Numbered from the stretch's first letter, positions 26,304 to 39,458 are shown. The stretch is 64,000 nucleotides of DNA from Octopus vulgaris (GCA_951406725.2 OX597814.1:111848001-111912000); one strand, 5' to 3'. Translations and numbers: made by a program. Notes: a model not told the origin generated them from the sequence alone.

Positions 26304-26470
26304 GTGGAGGCGCAATGGCGCAGTTGTTAGGGCAGCGGACTCGCGGTCTAACAACGCGGTTTCGATTCCCGGTCCGGGTATTGTGAGTGTTTATTGAGCA
26401 AAAACACCTAAGCTCCACGAGGCTCCGGCGGAAGGGTGGTGAACCCCGCTGTACTCTTTCACCACAACTT
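26304..26470 (+). mobile_element. SINE family C (tRNA-Arg-like head)
   Basis: ggcgcaatggcgcagttgttagggcagcggactcgcgg...ggtttcgattccc; homologous to the copy at 37046. Confidence 0.8.
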
Positions 26471-27367
26471 GAAGAAGAAGAAGAAGAAGAAGAAGAGGTG
26501 GAAGAGGAGAAGAAGAAGAAGAAGAAGAAAGAAAAAAGAAGAGGAGGAGGAGAAGAGGAAGGAAAAGAAGACGAAGAAGAAGAAAGAAGAGGAGAAGAAG
26601 AAGAAGATGAAGGAAAAGAAGAAAGAAGAGGAGAAGAAGAAGAGGAAGGAAAAGAAGAAGAAGAAGAGGAGGAGGAGAAGGAAAAGCACAATAATAATAA
26701 TAATAATAATAATAATAAGAAGAAGAAGACAACGACGACGACAATAACAACTACAATAACAACAGCAACAACAGTACTTCCAAAATAAGCGAGAAGACCA
26801 ACTCTACTTAGGATGCAGCAGAAATGGCGACGTGAACTGGAGCTGATGGGAACTCGATGACTAATGACAGAATGCAAAAGATTAGGAGAAACTTTACACT
26901 TAAATATGGCTTTCCCTAAACACACACACGCACGCAAACACACACACGCAAACATTGACATAGATGTTACATACACATTTATACATGTCATACATACACA
27001 TTCTCATACATATACAGATATAAAGATACATTTATGTAAGTGTGTATATATGTACACGCACACCCACACACTAACATACACACGTACACAGACATAGAAA
27101 TACAGACCACACACAAACACACACAAACATTCTGGATGAGCCCTGTTAGCCATTTAAGTACACAGAGATCTGTTCAGCGACCTGGTCACTAACCATTCCA
27201 CGGCAAATTGCTTGTAAAACAAGCACAATTGCGGTACGTACGTACGTATGTATGTATGTATGTATGTTATGTATGTATGTATGTATGTATGTACATAAAC
27301 TTTTATCAACCAAAGCCTAAAATTACTTTGTATTTTATGATAAAATGAATAACGGAAAAAATATACA

Positions 27368-27742
27368 TAGGCGCAGGAGTGGCTGTGTGGTAAGTAGCTT
27401 GCTAACCAACCGCACGGTTGCGGGTTCAGTCCCACTGCGTGGCATCTTGGGCAAGTGTCTTCAGCTATAGCCCCGGGCCGACCAATGCCTTGTGAGTGGA
27501 TTTGGTAGACGGAAACTGAAAGAAGCCTGTCGTATATATGTATATATATGTATATGTGTGTGTGTTTGTGTGTCTGTGTTTGTCCCCCTAGCATTGCTTG
27601 ACAACCGATGCTGGTGTGTTTAGGTCCCCGTCACTTAGCGGTTCGGCAAAAAGAGACCGATAGAATAAGTACTAAAAGGTGGTGCTCCAGCATGGCCGCA
27701 GTCAAATGACTGAAACAAGTAAAAGAGTAAAAGAGTAAGAGT
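27368..27742 (+). mobile_element. SINE family B
   Basis: Head, CORE-like cttgggcaagt and (TAAAAGAG)n tail. Confidence 0.87.
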
Positions 27743-27906
27743 ATATAGAAAGAAGAAAGAAGAGGAGAAGAAGAAGAGGAAGGAAAAGAAGAAGATGAAG
27801 GAAAAGAAGATGAAGAGGAAGAAGAAAGAAGAGGAGAAGAAGAAGAGGAAGGAAAAGAAGAAGAGGAGGAGAAGAAGAAGAGGAGGAGGAGAAGGAAAAG
27901 CACAAC

Positions 27907-27947
<41 letters not shown>

Positions 27948-28149
27948 GAAGAAGAAGAAGAAGAAGAAGACAACGACGACGATAGAGATATGAAAATGAT
28001 GCTCTGGCTTATGAAAGAACCAGAACGAAGAACGGTGCAACTGATTAAGAAGTGAGTTAATTTATGTGAGATGACGTTCGGTCTGCGGAGTACCACCGAT
28101 ACGTTTTTCCCGTTGAGACAACTAGAGAAGATTTTTTTTTAGCTAAGTG

Positions 28150-29150
28150 CAAGCCACCATTTGTTGATACAGTGAATGCTTTTGATAAGGTATTACACAA
28201 TGTAGTCTAGTGATCGCTGCGTAAACTAGTAGTAGTTGAATGACTAATGAGATCCTTGAAAGTCGTGTACAAAGATAATGTCAGGAAAGGAGTTGTTGGT
28301 TTATGAGTTCAGTGAAGAATTTAACATGCAACGAGGAATTTAGCATGAGGGTTTGGTCTCAGCATTCCACTCACTCTTCCAGGCCATAAAAACGGTGTTT
28401 AAAACTGACTGTCTGTGGGAACTTCTGCATATTGGTAACCTAGTTCTCATCGCTATAAGGCAAGAACCTCAAATGTAGAAGCAAAACGCAGAATCGGGAG
28501 GTCTCACAGTAAACTTAGCAATAACAAAAGTTTCAGTTAGCCAGAAAAGACAGCAGGAATTTACAACCATTTTTAATGAGTGGTCATACATTGTATGTAG
28601 ATGAAATATAGTTACGAACACGATGAACTAAGGTGAATTGAGGTTGAACTGAAGGTGTGTTGGGATGAAGACCAAAAAAGTCTGATAGAGAAGGTAGACT
28701 TCACCTCAAGCAGATGATAAGGAATACGTTGCAATCAGCAAGAAATGGATTCTTTCAGCAAGAAAAGACTAGGTTGGATGATTCTTGGAAACGAAGGAAG
28801 ACTTTGCTTAGTTGAAATATTTTGGTACTGAATGCGAAGAATGTGAAAAGACAGGAAAGAAACGAGGTCTGCATACACCACTGGATTTTTCCATGGTGTA
28901 CATAAAGGAAAATGTACAGATGAACTGAAAGGAAAACAGAAATGTTATGTAGTGCACGAGAGAGAAGACTGCTCTGGAATGAGTATATGACGTATATCGA
29001 AGATGATAGTTGGGTAAAGTGGTGGCAAACGACCAAAAGAGGAAATATTTTGTGAAAGAAGAAGACCGTGGAAGATATGAGAAGCAGTGTAGACAGATCT
29101 GATAATGCTAAAACTCACAAAGGAAATGACAAGAAACAGTAAGAAAGTGG
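28150..29150 (+). pseudogene. Highly decayed RTE-like RT remnant
   Basis: Recognisable relics in order: AFDKV, CLWELLHIGNLVL (from WELLYADDLVL), GLTVNLAITKV, RRPWKI. Confidence 0.5.
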
Positions 29151-29333
29151 ACTGCCAACAGTATAAACTAGAGGTTACTTAATATGAGTTGCGCGGTCTC
29201 TGAAGATTTGACAATACAATTTGTCGAGATGGTCTCATATTTTTCTCATTAATCAAATGTAAGAGACGCAACTAAATAATTTATGAAGACACTCTTTTGT
29301 TTTGTTTTGCTTTACATATAAACATACATACAA

Positions 29334-29428
<95 letters not shown>

Positions 29429-29429
<1 letters not shown>

Positions 29430-30718
29430 GAGGGACGTTCAATAAGTAATGCCTCTGACCCACTTGCACTTGTTTGATCTAGCTGAAATTTTGCTTGTGC
29501 AATTATTTATGTCTCTATAGATTAAGTGGCAAATTACAGCTCTGAACTAATTGTGGTTTCTGATTTACAGGTGTTTGAATTGAGTCAAGTGTGAAATGGA
29601 GCCTGTTGAGTGTCGAGCAGTGATCCGGTTTTTGTATTTGAAAGGACGCACACCATGGGAGACCTTTGATGAAATGAAAGTAACTTATGGAGATGATGCC
29701 CCATCATATGACCTTGTAAAACGCTGGCATCATGAATTCAAACATGGTCGGAACTCTGTGGAAACAGCTCCCAGATCTGGTCGTACCCCTTCTACCATTG
29801 ATGAAGCATCTGTCCGTCAAGTTGAGGCTGCCATTTTGGAAGATCGACGCATAACTATTCGCCAAATAGCCCATGAGGTCAAGATTAGTACCGGGTCTGT
29901 GGAAATTATCATTTATGACCATTTGCATATGCAAAAGGTGTCTGCCAGATGGATTCCCTGGTTGCTCACACCTTTCCAGAAGCAAGAACGCGTCGAGTGC
30001 TCGAGGATGAATTTGGAGATGTGCCACGAAGATGAGTCAACATTTTTCAAAAGACTGATTACACAGGATGAAACCTGGGTCCATCACTATGATCCAGAGA
30101 CCAAAGCCCATTCAATGCAGTGGAAGCACCGTGACTCACCTCCTCCAAAGAAGGCAAGGGTGCAGCCCTCCGCTGGCAAGGTCATGCTCACAGTCTTCTG
30201 GGACCAGGACGGAGTAGTGATGACAGATTTCCTGGCAAAGGGTACCAGAATTACAGGAGCCTATTATGCTTCACTTTTGAGGAAATTAAGAGAAGCTATC
30301 AAAATCAAGAGGCGGGGCAAGATCAGCAAAGGCATCCTCCTCCTGCAGGACAACGCTCCGGTCCACAACTCGCGTGTCGCCAGGTCAGAAGCACAGGCGT
30401 GCGGCTATGAACTCCTCCCCATCCCCTACTCTCCTGACCTTGCACCCTCTAATGTTCACCTCTTCCCAGCCATGAAGTTGTTTTTGAAAGGAAAGCGTTT
30501 CCCAGATGATGCAGTCTTGATTTCTGAAGTCATGTCGTGGTTGGAGGATCAAGCTGGGGTCTTCTACAAAAACGGTCTCCAGAGCTGCATCAAACGATGG
30601 GAGAAATACATAAGTCTGGGTGGTTCCTATGTAGAAAAAGACTAATAACTGTGTCAAGTTCCGTTGCTCTACTGCTATGGGAAGTGGGTCAGGGGCATTA
30701 CTTATTGAACGCCCCTCG
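29429..30718 (+). mobile_element. Full-length mariner element (1290 bp), probably irritans-like
   Basis: 37-bp TIRs with 2 mismatches (cgagggacgttcaataagtaatgcctctgacccactt), inserted in (TA)n, carrying a single transposase ORF. Confidence 0.96.
29596..30645 (+). CDS. Mariner transposase, 349 aa, open frame but third catalytic Asp replaced by Asn
   Basis: N-terminal HTH region, WIPWLL, TQDETW, KVMLTVFWD, LQDNA, YSPDLAPSNVHLF. Confidence 0.92.
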   Translation: MEPVECRAVIRFLYLKGRTPWETFDEMKVTYGDDAPSYDLVKRWHHEFKHGRNSVETAPRSGRTPSTIDEASVRQVEAAILEDRRITIRQIAHEVKISTGSVEIIIYDHLHMQKVSARWIPWLLTPFQKQERVECSRMNLEMCHEDESTFFKRLITQDETWVHHYDPETKAHSMQWKHRDSPPPKKARVQPSAGKVMLTVFWDQDGVVMTDFLAKGTRITGAYYASLLRKLREAIKIKRRGKISKGILLLQDNAPVHNSRVARSEAQACGYELLPIPYSPDLAPSNVHLFPAMKLFLKGKRFPDDAVLISEVMSWLEDQAGVFYKNGLQSCIKRWEKYISLGGSYVEKD

Positions 30719-30766
<48 letters not shown>

Positions 30767-30904
30767 TGTATGTATGTATGTATGTATGTATGTATGTATG
30801 TATGTATGAATGTGTGTGTGTGTATGTATGTATGCATGTATGTATGTATGTATGTATGTATGTATGTATGTACATATATATATATATATATATATACAGA
30901 AATA

Positions 30905-31288
30905 AGAAACGTTTGCACACCAGGCGAAATGCTTAGCGGTATTTCGTCTGCCGCTACGTTCTGAGTTCAAATTCCGCCGATGTCGACTTTGCCTTTCATC
31001 CTTTCGGGGTCGATTAAATAAGTAACAGTTACGTACTGGGGTCGATGTAATCGACTTAATCCGTTTGTCTGTCCTTGTTTGTCCTCTCTGTGTTTAGCCC
31101 CTTGTGGGTAGTAAAGAAATAGGTATTTCGCCTGTTTTTACATTCTGAGTTCAAATTCCATCGGGTCAACTTTGCCTTTCATCCTTTCGAGGTCGATAAA
31201 TTAAGCACCAGTTGTATACTGGGATCAATCTAATCGACTGGCCCCTTCCCCAAACATTTCGGGTCTTGTGCCTAAAGTAGAAAAGAAT
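30905..31288 (+). mobile_element. SINE family A dimer (tail 1, then tail 2)
   Basis: Junction aaagaaata|ggtatttcg at 31121/31122. Confidence 0.85.
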
Positions 31289-31389
31289 TTATACTTGATT
31301 GTTTCCTTCTCGAAGCTATGTTTCTTAGTCACGGGAAGGGAAAAAGACAACAGTCACTAATGACCTTTTTTAGGGTCTCCTCCAGTATT

Positions 31390-31665
31390 TACCCTAATCT
31401 GCAAGCGCTGTCTGTGTTGGTTGGGATATATCGCAAGACACCCGATGAATAGACACGCCAACTAAGTTTTTAACTGGCACCCTCAAGTGGCAACCGAGCA
31501 GGGCATGTCCCAAGACGAACCGGCATCAAATGGTCGATAGGGACCTCCAGCTGGTAAAAATACGACGAACTGATGCACTGGGGGGTCGTTGCTGACCGGC
31601 TCTTCTGGAGTACTTTAACAGCCTCGTGTGTCACACGGCGTGGGAGCATTTAAGTCTGAGTAAAT
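31390..31665 (+). mobile_element. RTE-like LINE 3' remnant
   Basis: Encodes KRCLCWLGYIARHP; short tail ...taagtctgagtaa. Confidence 0.5.
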
Positions 31666-31822
31666 CCAAACAGCAACAATGAACCTTTGTAAGGGTCTCC
31701 TACATAGTAACCATGACAGATTTTAGGAGCCTCTCACACAAATAAACTGAGAGAGAAACAAAAATTATACTCCATAGATTAACCGAAAACTGGTGACATT
31801 TTTCAAATACAAAGTGCGACAA

Positions 31823-32010
31823 TTTTATCTTTTATTTGTTGCATTTATTAAACTGTGGCCATGCTGGGGCACTGCCTTGAAGAATTTTTAGTCTGTACTT
31901 ATTTTTCTTTAAGCCTTGTACTTATTCTATCGGTCATTTTTGACTAACCGTTGATTTACGGGGACACATCAACACCAGTTGCCAAACGATAGTGGGGGAC
32001 AAACTCAAAT

Positions 32011-32059
<49 letters not shown>

Positions 32060-32195
32060 ATACACAAAGGGCTTCCTTCAGTTTTTGTCTACCAAATCCA
32101 CACAAACGACTTGAGGCTATAGTAACAGACACTTGTCCAAGGTCCCACGTTGTGGGACTGAACCTGGAACCCTGTGGTTGGAAAGCACACTTCTT
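31823..32195 (-). mobile_element. SINE family B, diverged
   Basis: Reverse complement of family B motifs. Confidence 0.75.
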
Positions 32196-32467
32196 TCTGT
32201 GGGATCGGTGCATTTACTGTTGAAACGTTTAAGAATTATGGTGAATCCAGGAGGATATTATCTTGCTTTTTTTTTGCTGTTGCTGCATCCTGTGCTTGCT
32301 AAATGCGAATGTAGCATTTTGGCTCATAACATTTTTGGCGGCGCCTGTTTGGAGTTGCTGAGTTGTCATTATCATCATTAACATCATCGTCAATGTCATC
32401 GTCGTGGACGTGGTCGACACCATCCTCCTCCTCCTCCTCCTCCTCCTCCTCCTCCTCCTCCTCCTCC

Positions 32468-32500
<33 letters not shown>

Positions 32501-32973
32501 CCACAACCACCACCATTATCACCACCGTTATCACCACCACCATCATCATCATCATCGCCACCACCACCACCACCACCACCACCACCACCACCGCTACCGC
32601 TGCACCTCCACCTTCATCACCATCATCATCATCCTCATCCCCACCACCACCACCACCACCACCACCGCCACCATCACCCCCCACCACCATCATCATTATG
32701 ACCGTTAGTTAACAATCTAATTATTTTTTTGTAATATGCTCACTGCCTATTTGCGACATCGGTGTCTGAATAAATATTGATATTCTCTATATCATTGACG
32801 AGATATTCAGCTGTTATGTCACTAACGAGCCCAGAATAAGTTGGACTTACGTGATCTGGCCGTAGCCGACGATTCTCGTCTGTCAACAGTATAAATACGG
32901 GTGCTTATATGCACGACGAATCCTTATGAGAGATTCTCTCGGAGTAAATAATGCAGTATTCCGTGTTCTAACA

Positions 32974-33244
32974 CAGTGGTTCCCAAACTGGGTAGTACTG
33001 CACCTTTGGGGGCGGTAGAAAGATCCAGTGGGATGATAAAGGGGTGGCCGAAATGGGGTGAAAGTTGTAAGAAAAATCACATTAATAGTTTAACTAGGTT
33101 TGAGTTCTATATGTGAAATACAGTTGGTTTGAATTTCCTGCAGAAAGTGGTTTATATTTGTGGTGGGGAGAGGGGAGGAGGGGCGCTAGGAATTTGGCCC
33201 GGGTGCCAAGGGGGCGGCAGCTTGGAAAAGTTTGGGAACTACTG
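32974..33244. mobile_element. Non-autonomous hAT (Charlie-like) element
   Basis: TIRs CAGTGGTTCCCAAACT / AGTTTGGGAACTACTG; 8-bp flanks ttctaaca / ttctagta (6 of 8 match). Confidence 0.85.
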
Positions 33245-33396
33245 TTCTAGTACAATATCCACGTTAAGTTGGAGATCGAGATTACTGTTTGATATTAATA
33301 CTGCTTCTGTCGCTGTTAATTCTGTATTTTAGTTTTGGCGAAATATATAAACCTTAACATTTTTCAGGAATAAGCAAGTGGTCAGGTGAGAGATAG

Positions 33397-33468
<72 letters not shown>

Positions 33469-33779
33469 GAAGACAGAGAAAGAGAAAGGGAGGGAGGGAG
33501 AAACGGAGAGAAAGAGAGAAGGATAGAGGAGAGAGAGAAAGAGGAAGAGAGAGAGAAACATGGGAGAGGAAGACAGAGAAAGAGAGAGTAAGACAGAAAT
33601 AGAGGGGAAGAAACAAAGAAAAGGATAGAGGGATAAAAGAGAGAGATGGGGAGAGGAAGACAAAGAAAGCGAGAGGAAGACCGAGAGAGAGAGAGAGAGA
33701 GAGAGAAGAAACGGAGAGAAAGAGAGAGGCATAGAGGAGAGAGAGAAAGAGAGAGAGAGGAAAAGGGAGAGAGAGAGGA

Positions 33780-33810
<31 letters not shown>

Positions 33811-33879
33811 GACTCAAGTGAAGTAAATTTGTCTATTTTGTGTTGGTCACTGATTTAACAAAAAAATGACAATTCCAAG

Positions 33880-33923
33880 AACAACAACAACAACAATGGT
33901 AACACTAGCAATAACAACGACAA

Positions 33924-33958
<35 letters not shown>

Positions 33959-34120
33959 ACGGTATCGATGATAATACCAACAACGACAATGGCAACAACA
34001 GCAATAATAACTACATTGACCACCACCACCACTACCACCACCACCATCATAACACCAGCAACAACAACAGCACCAACAATAGCAATGAGAACAATAGTAG
34101 CAACAACGGTAATAGTTATG

Positions 34121-34181
<61 letters not shown>

Positions 34182-34252
34182 TAATAATAATAATAATAAT
34201 GATAATAATAATGATGATGATGATGATAATAATAATAATAATAATAATGATG

Positions 34253-34297
<45 letters not shown>

Positions 34298-34396
34298 GTA
34301 ATAATAATAATAATAATAATAATGATGATGATGATGATGATAATAATAATAATAATAATAATAATGATGATGATAATAATAATAATAATAATAATA

Positions 34397-34469
<73 letters not shown>

Positions 34470-34471
34470 TG

Positions 34472-34544
<73 letters not shown>

Positions 34545-34546
34545 TG

Positions 34547-34580
<34 letters not shown>

Positions 34581-34660
34581 TAATAATAGTAATAATAATA
34601 ATAATAATAATGATGATGATGATGATGATAATAATAATAATAATAATAATAATGATGATG

Positions 34661-34736
<76 letters not shown>

Positions 34737-34750
34737 TAATAATAATAATG

Positions 34751-34818
<68 letters not shown>

Positions 34819-36064
34819 AAAAAAAGAAGAAGAAGAAGAAGAAGAAAAAGATGACGATGATGACCAACAACAACCACAACAGCAACAATAGCAACGGGAA
34901 CAATAGTAGCAACAACGGTAATAATAAAAACAATAATAATAGTAGTAACAACAACAACAACAACAATAATAATAATAATAATAACGAAAACAAGAACAAG
35001 AACAACAACTACGACACCATAAACAAAGACTTAACAATTCCATAAAAAGAAACAGATAAAAAAAAAGACAAAAACAAAACAAAAGAAACGAGCTGTGTTT
35101 AAGTGTTTCTTTGACAGCTTTTTCGTCCGCAGATCCATTTCTGCTCCATTTGCAGCTTTCTCTGTTGTTGTTGTTGTTGTTGTTGATGCATTTTTGGCTT
35201 TCAAGAGATGAAGATATTGAAAATAATTTTATGCAAATGTGTTTCCATTGAAATTTCCTCTTTGCAACAACAACAACAACAACAACATCAACAGCCACTG
35301 TACAAACACAAACATAGAAAAAAAAAACAAGGCGCTTCTTAAGCGAAAACAATGGCTGTGAATGTAGTTGTAGTAGTAGTAGTAGCAGCAGCAGTAGTAG
35401 TGGTGGTGGTGGTGGTGGTGGTGGTGGTGATGGTAGTAGTAGTAGTAGTGATGGTGGTGATGGTAGTAGTAGTAGTGGTGGTAGTAGAGTTGTTGTTGGT
35501 GGTGGTTGTAGTAGTTGTGGTGGTAATGGTGGTGATGGTAGTAGTAGTGGTGGTGGTAGTAGTGGTGGTGGTGATGGTAGTAGTAGTGGTGGTAGTAGTA
35601 GTAGTGGTAGTGGTGGTTGTTGTGGTGATGGTAGTAGTAGTGGTGGTGATGGTAGTAGTGTTGTTGTTGGTGGTGGCAGCGTTGTTGTTGTTGTTGGTGG
35701 TGGTGGTAGTAGTAATACTGGTGGTGGCGGTGGTAGTAGTAGTAGTATTATTGTTGTTGTTGTTGTAGTAGTAGTTGTAGTAGTGTTGGTGGTGTTGGTG
35801 GAGATGGAGGTGGTGGTGGTAGTGGTAGTAGCAGTAGTGTTGATGTTAGTTGTAATATTAGTATTAGTAGTTAGCAGCCGCAGTAGAGGTAGTAATGGTG
35901 GTAGTGGTAGGTGTAGTAATAGTAGTTGTAGTATTGGTGGTGATAGTAGTAGTAGTAGTAGTAGTAGCAGCAGTGGTAGCAGTAGTAGTAGTAGTAGTAG
36001 TAGTAGTAATAGTAGTAATAGTAGTAGCAGCAGTAGTAGCAGTAGTAGTAGTAGCAGCAGTGGT

Positions 36065-36125
<61 letters not shown>
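33880..36125. repeat. Compound trinucleotide low-complexity region: (AAT/GAT)n 34117-34790 and (GTA/GTG)n 35363-36125
   Basis: Seen directly; source of the 784-aa spurious ORF. Confidence 0.95.
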
Positions 36126-36317
36126 AGTAGCTGTAACAGAAAGCAGCTTCGACAATAACGACGACAGCAATGACAGGAACAACAATTTCTGAAAACAACA
36201 ACCCCCGAAGAAATCTGTTGAATATACTTTTATGTTCCCTCCTAACCTGCTAGAAATAAATGTCAAATGTCCCTCAAGCCACCCACTACTGTCTTATATA
36301 AGGACAGGACACGTTAT

Positions 36318-36502
36318 TTTGGGGGAGGGGTCCAGTCGATTAGATCGACCCCAGTATGCAACTGGTACTTATTTTATCGATCCCGAAATGATGAAAGGCA
36401 AAGTTGACCTCGGCGGAATTTGAACTCAGAACCTTAAAGACAGACGAAATGCGACTAAGCATTTCGCCCGGCGTGCTAACGTTTCTGCCAGCTCGCCGCC
36501 TT
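36318..36502 (-). mobile_element. SINE family A
   Basis: Reverse complement of the family A head and core. Confidence 0.85.
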
Positions 36503-37045
36503 AGGACACATTAAACAATGTCATCTTACATATACCTAATAAATGAGATGGTCACGGTCGGAATGCGCTTCATCACAGTATGTTCGATCAGAATTGTGCT
36601 GGGGCTAAACAGTGATAGCGAATAGAAGCTAAAAATAGCAGCCAAATTTCCCTCAATTCAAACTTACGGAAGGACACGTTGGATAGTATATGTGGTCCTG
36701 GGTACGTTGTCTGATGATAGATAGGATGGTCATGGTTGGAACGGATCTGGGAGTAAACAACAACAGTTGCAACAAATACAAAGCCGATTTCGATTTTAAA
36801 CCACAGCAAATAAGATGGGAAATGACAATTGCAGCAGAAAACTGAACTGTTGCACGAGCAGCAACAATTGCAACATGTGCAATAATAAGTGCAGAAGGTG
36901 CACAACCAATTACAGCAGCAATAGCTGCAACAAGAAACTGCCGGTGCAACTGCAACGACGATGCAGTACTTGTAACAACACTTGCAACAACAACAGCAGC
37001 AAGAACAATTGCAGCAGATGCTATGCTATTGCAACAACAACAATA

Positions 37046-37230
37046 GTAGAGGCGCAATGGCACAGTGGTTAGGGCAGCGGACTCGCGGTCGTAAGAACGC
37101 GGTTCGATTTCCAGACCGGGCATTGTGAGTGTTTATTGAGCAAAAACACCCAAGCTCCACGAGGCTCTGGTGGGGGAGGGTGGTGAACCTTGCTGTACTC
37201 TATCATCACAATTTTCTCTCACTCTTTCTT
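37046..37230 (+). mobile_element. SINE family C (tRNA-Arg-like head)
   Basis: Homologous to the copy at 26304; followed by about 290 bp of unclassified sequence and then (GAA)n. Confidence 0.8.
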
Positions 37231-37523
37231 CCTACTTCTGCCACAAAGCAGAGGAACCATGGTGTAACCAACTATGGTGTGGTAAACTTCCAGACCCTAG
37301 TCTAGATTGCGAATCCTCTGTACCCCAGGATGGTTCAGCTCTCCACCCGTTAAAAGGCACCGTTTACGGAATGAGGATAACAACGTAGCTTTCGCGCCCG
37401 TGCAACCGCTAGTCTATCGCATGTGGTGGGTGGATCTTCAAGTTGCCACACACATTCTTAGTAGCTTAGAGTAGGCTCGAATGAGAGATTATTCTTTGTG
37501 GTTAATGGCATCAGTCCTGATTG

Positions 37524-38018
37524 GAAGAAGAAGAAGAAGAAGAAGAAGAAGAAGAAGAAGAAGAAGAAGAAGAAGAAGAAGAAGAAATGGAAGAAGAAGA
37601 AATGGAAGAAGAAGAAAAAGAAGAGGAAGAAAAAGAAGAAGAAGAAGAAGAAATGGAAGAAGAAGAAATGGAAGAAGAAAAAGAAGAGGAAGAAAAAGAA
37701 GAAGAGGAGGAGGAGGAAGAAGAAGAAGAAGAAGAAGAGAAGGAAGAAGAAGAGGAAGAAGAAGAAAAAGAAGAAGAAGAAGAAATGGAAGAAGAAGAAA
37801 AAGAAGAGGAAGAAAAAGAAGAAGAAGAGGAGGAAGAAGAAGAAGAAGAAGAGGAAGAAGAACAAGAAGAGGAAGAAGAAGAAGAAGAGGAAGAGGAAAA
37901 GAAGAAGAAGAAATGGAAGAAGAAGAAAAAGAAGAGGAAAAAGAAGAAGAAGTGGAAGAAGAAGAAGAAAATGAAGAAGAAGAAGAAGAAGAAGAAGAAG
38001 AAGAAGAAGAAGAAGAAG
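37524..38018. repeat. (GAA)n-based tract
   Basis: Seen directly. Confidence 0.95.
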
Positions 38019-38229
38019 GAAACAACAACAATAACAACAGCAACTGCAACGGAAGCTGCAGCGATCAAATGTCGCCTTTGCAGCACAATAACTTTTTAAA
38101 CATCAAAGACTGCAGCAACAACTACGACTGTATCCAATGATTCTCAACTGGGGTCTATATGGCCCCTGAGGGTCCAAATAAGATTTTGTGGGTGGGTAGT
38201 TCACACAATAAAATAGAAATTTGGGGATC

Positions 38230-38580
38230 CACCGGGCGAAATGCTTAGTGGTATTTCGTCCGTCGCTACATTCTGAGTTCAAATTCCTTTCGGGATCGAT
38301 TAAATAAGTACCAGTTACGCACTGGGGTCGATATAATCGACTTAATCCGTTTCTCTGTCCTTGTTTGTCCTCTCTGTGTTTAGCCCCTTGTGGGTAGTAA
38401 AGAAATAGGTATTTCGTCCGTCGCTACATTCTGAGTTCAAATTCCCTCGAGGTCAACTCTGCTTTTTATCCTTTCGGGGGTCGACAAATTAAGTACCTGC
38501 CGAGTACAGAGGTTGATGCTATCGACTGTCCCCTTCCACACAAAATCCAAACGTGTGCCTGCCTATTGGAGAAATGATTA
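38230..38580 (+). mobile_element. SINE family A dimer (tail 1, then diverged tail 2)
   Basis: Same junction aaagaaata|ggtatttcg at 38407/38408. Confidence 0.82.
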
Positions 38581-39398
38581 TTTCTTTTCTATTTGCCGTA
38601 AATAACAATTTGAAGTTAAACCGGAAGACAGATTCCACTTGGCGAATACTTTGAACTTCCGGTTTTAAAACTACGGTTTTATCCCAAACGACTTCCTGTC
38701 AGAGTCTAATTCTTAAGAAGTAAAATCTTGTATTATAACAGTTGGGACAAAAACCGATATTATAGCCATCGAAGTTGAAGTCCTTTTTTCCTTTTTTTCT
38801 TCTTAAAGCAATTGGAACCGAAAGTTATTGGTTTCAAATTGTAGTCAGATTTAGTTTGTTCATATGGAACTTGTTTTTCTTTCTCCTTATTCGAAGTGGA
38901 GGCCACTAAAGGAAGTGGTTGAAAGACATGCATCCATTCATAATGATGCCAATGACTCGTAACTGGAGCTCTTTCGGTGACAATTGCCTTTGTTTATTGA
39001 AGCCTTTCGCTGTTTTGGGGTATCAGACACTGTAGCACGTGAAAGTAGATCGATGGAGAGTTGACAGGTAGATAAATAGAGAGAGAAGGGGGAAAGATAA
39101 AGAGGGAAGAAAGGGAGAGAGAGAGAGAGATTTACAGACGTACATAAGTGTATGGACAAATAGATGATTAGACAGAGATAGAGATAGGTAGAAAAGACGT
39201 TTAGATAGACAGACACATAGATAGGCAGACAAATAAATAGATAGATTGATATATAGATTGATAGATAGATTAAAAGACATACAGACAACTAGATAGATAG
39301 ATAGATAGATAGATAAATAGATAGAGAGAGAGAGAGAGCGCGCGCTAGAGAAAGGGAGGGGGAAAGAGACTGCTAGATATATTGACGGACAGACAGAC

Positions 39399-39458
<60 letters not shown>

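Noticed and set aside
32812-32973. Solo LTR (TGTTA...TAACA with TATAAATA)
   Set aside because: The apparent 3' end coincides with the TSD of the adjacent hAT element, and there is no independent TSD.
33847-36201. 784-aa ORF and other long homopolymeric ORFs (e.g. 3594, 26155, 37481, 42636, 56698)
   Set aside because: These are translations of di- and trinucleotide microsatellites with no protein-like composition.
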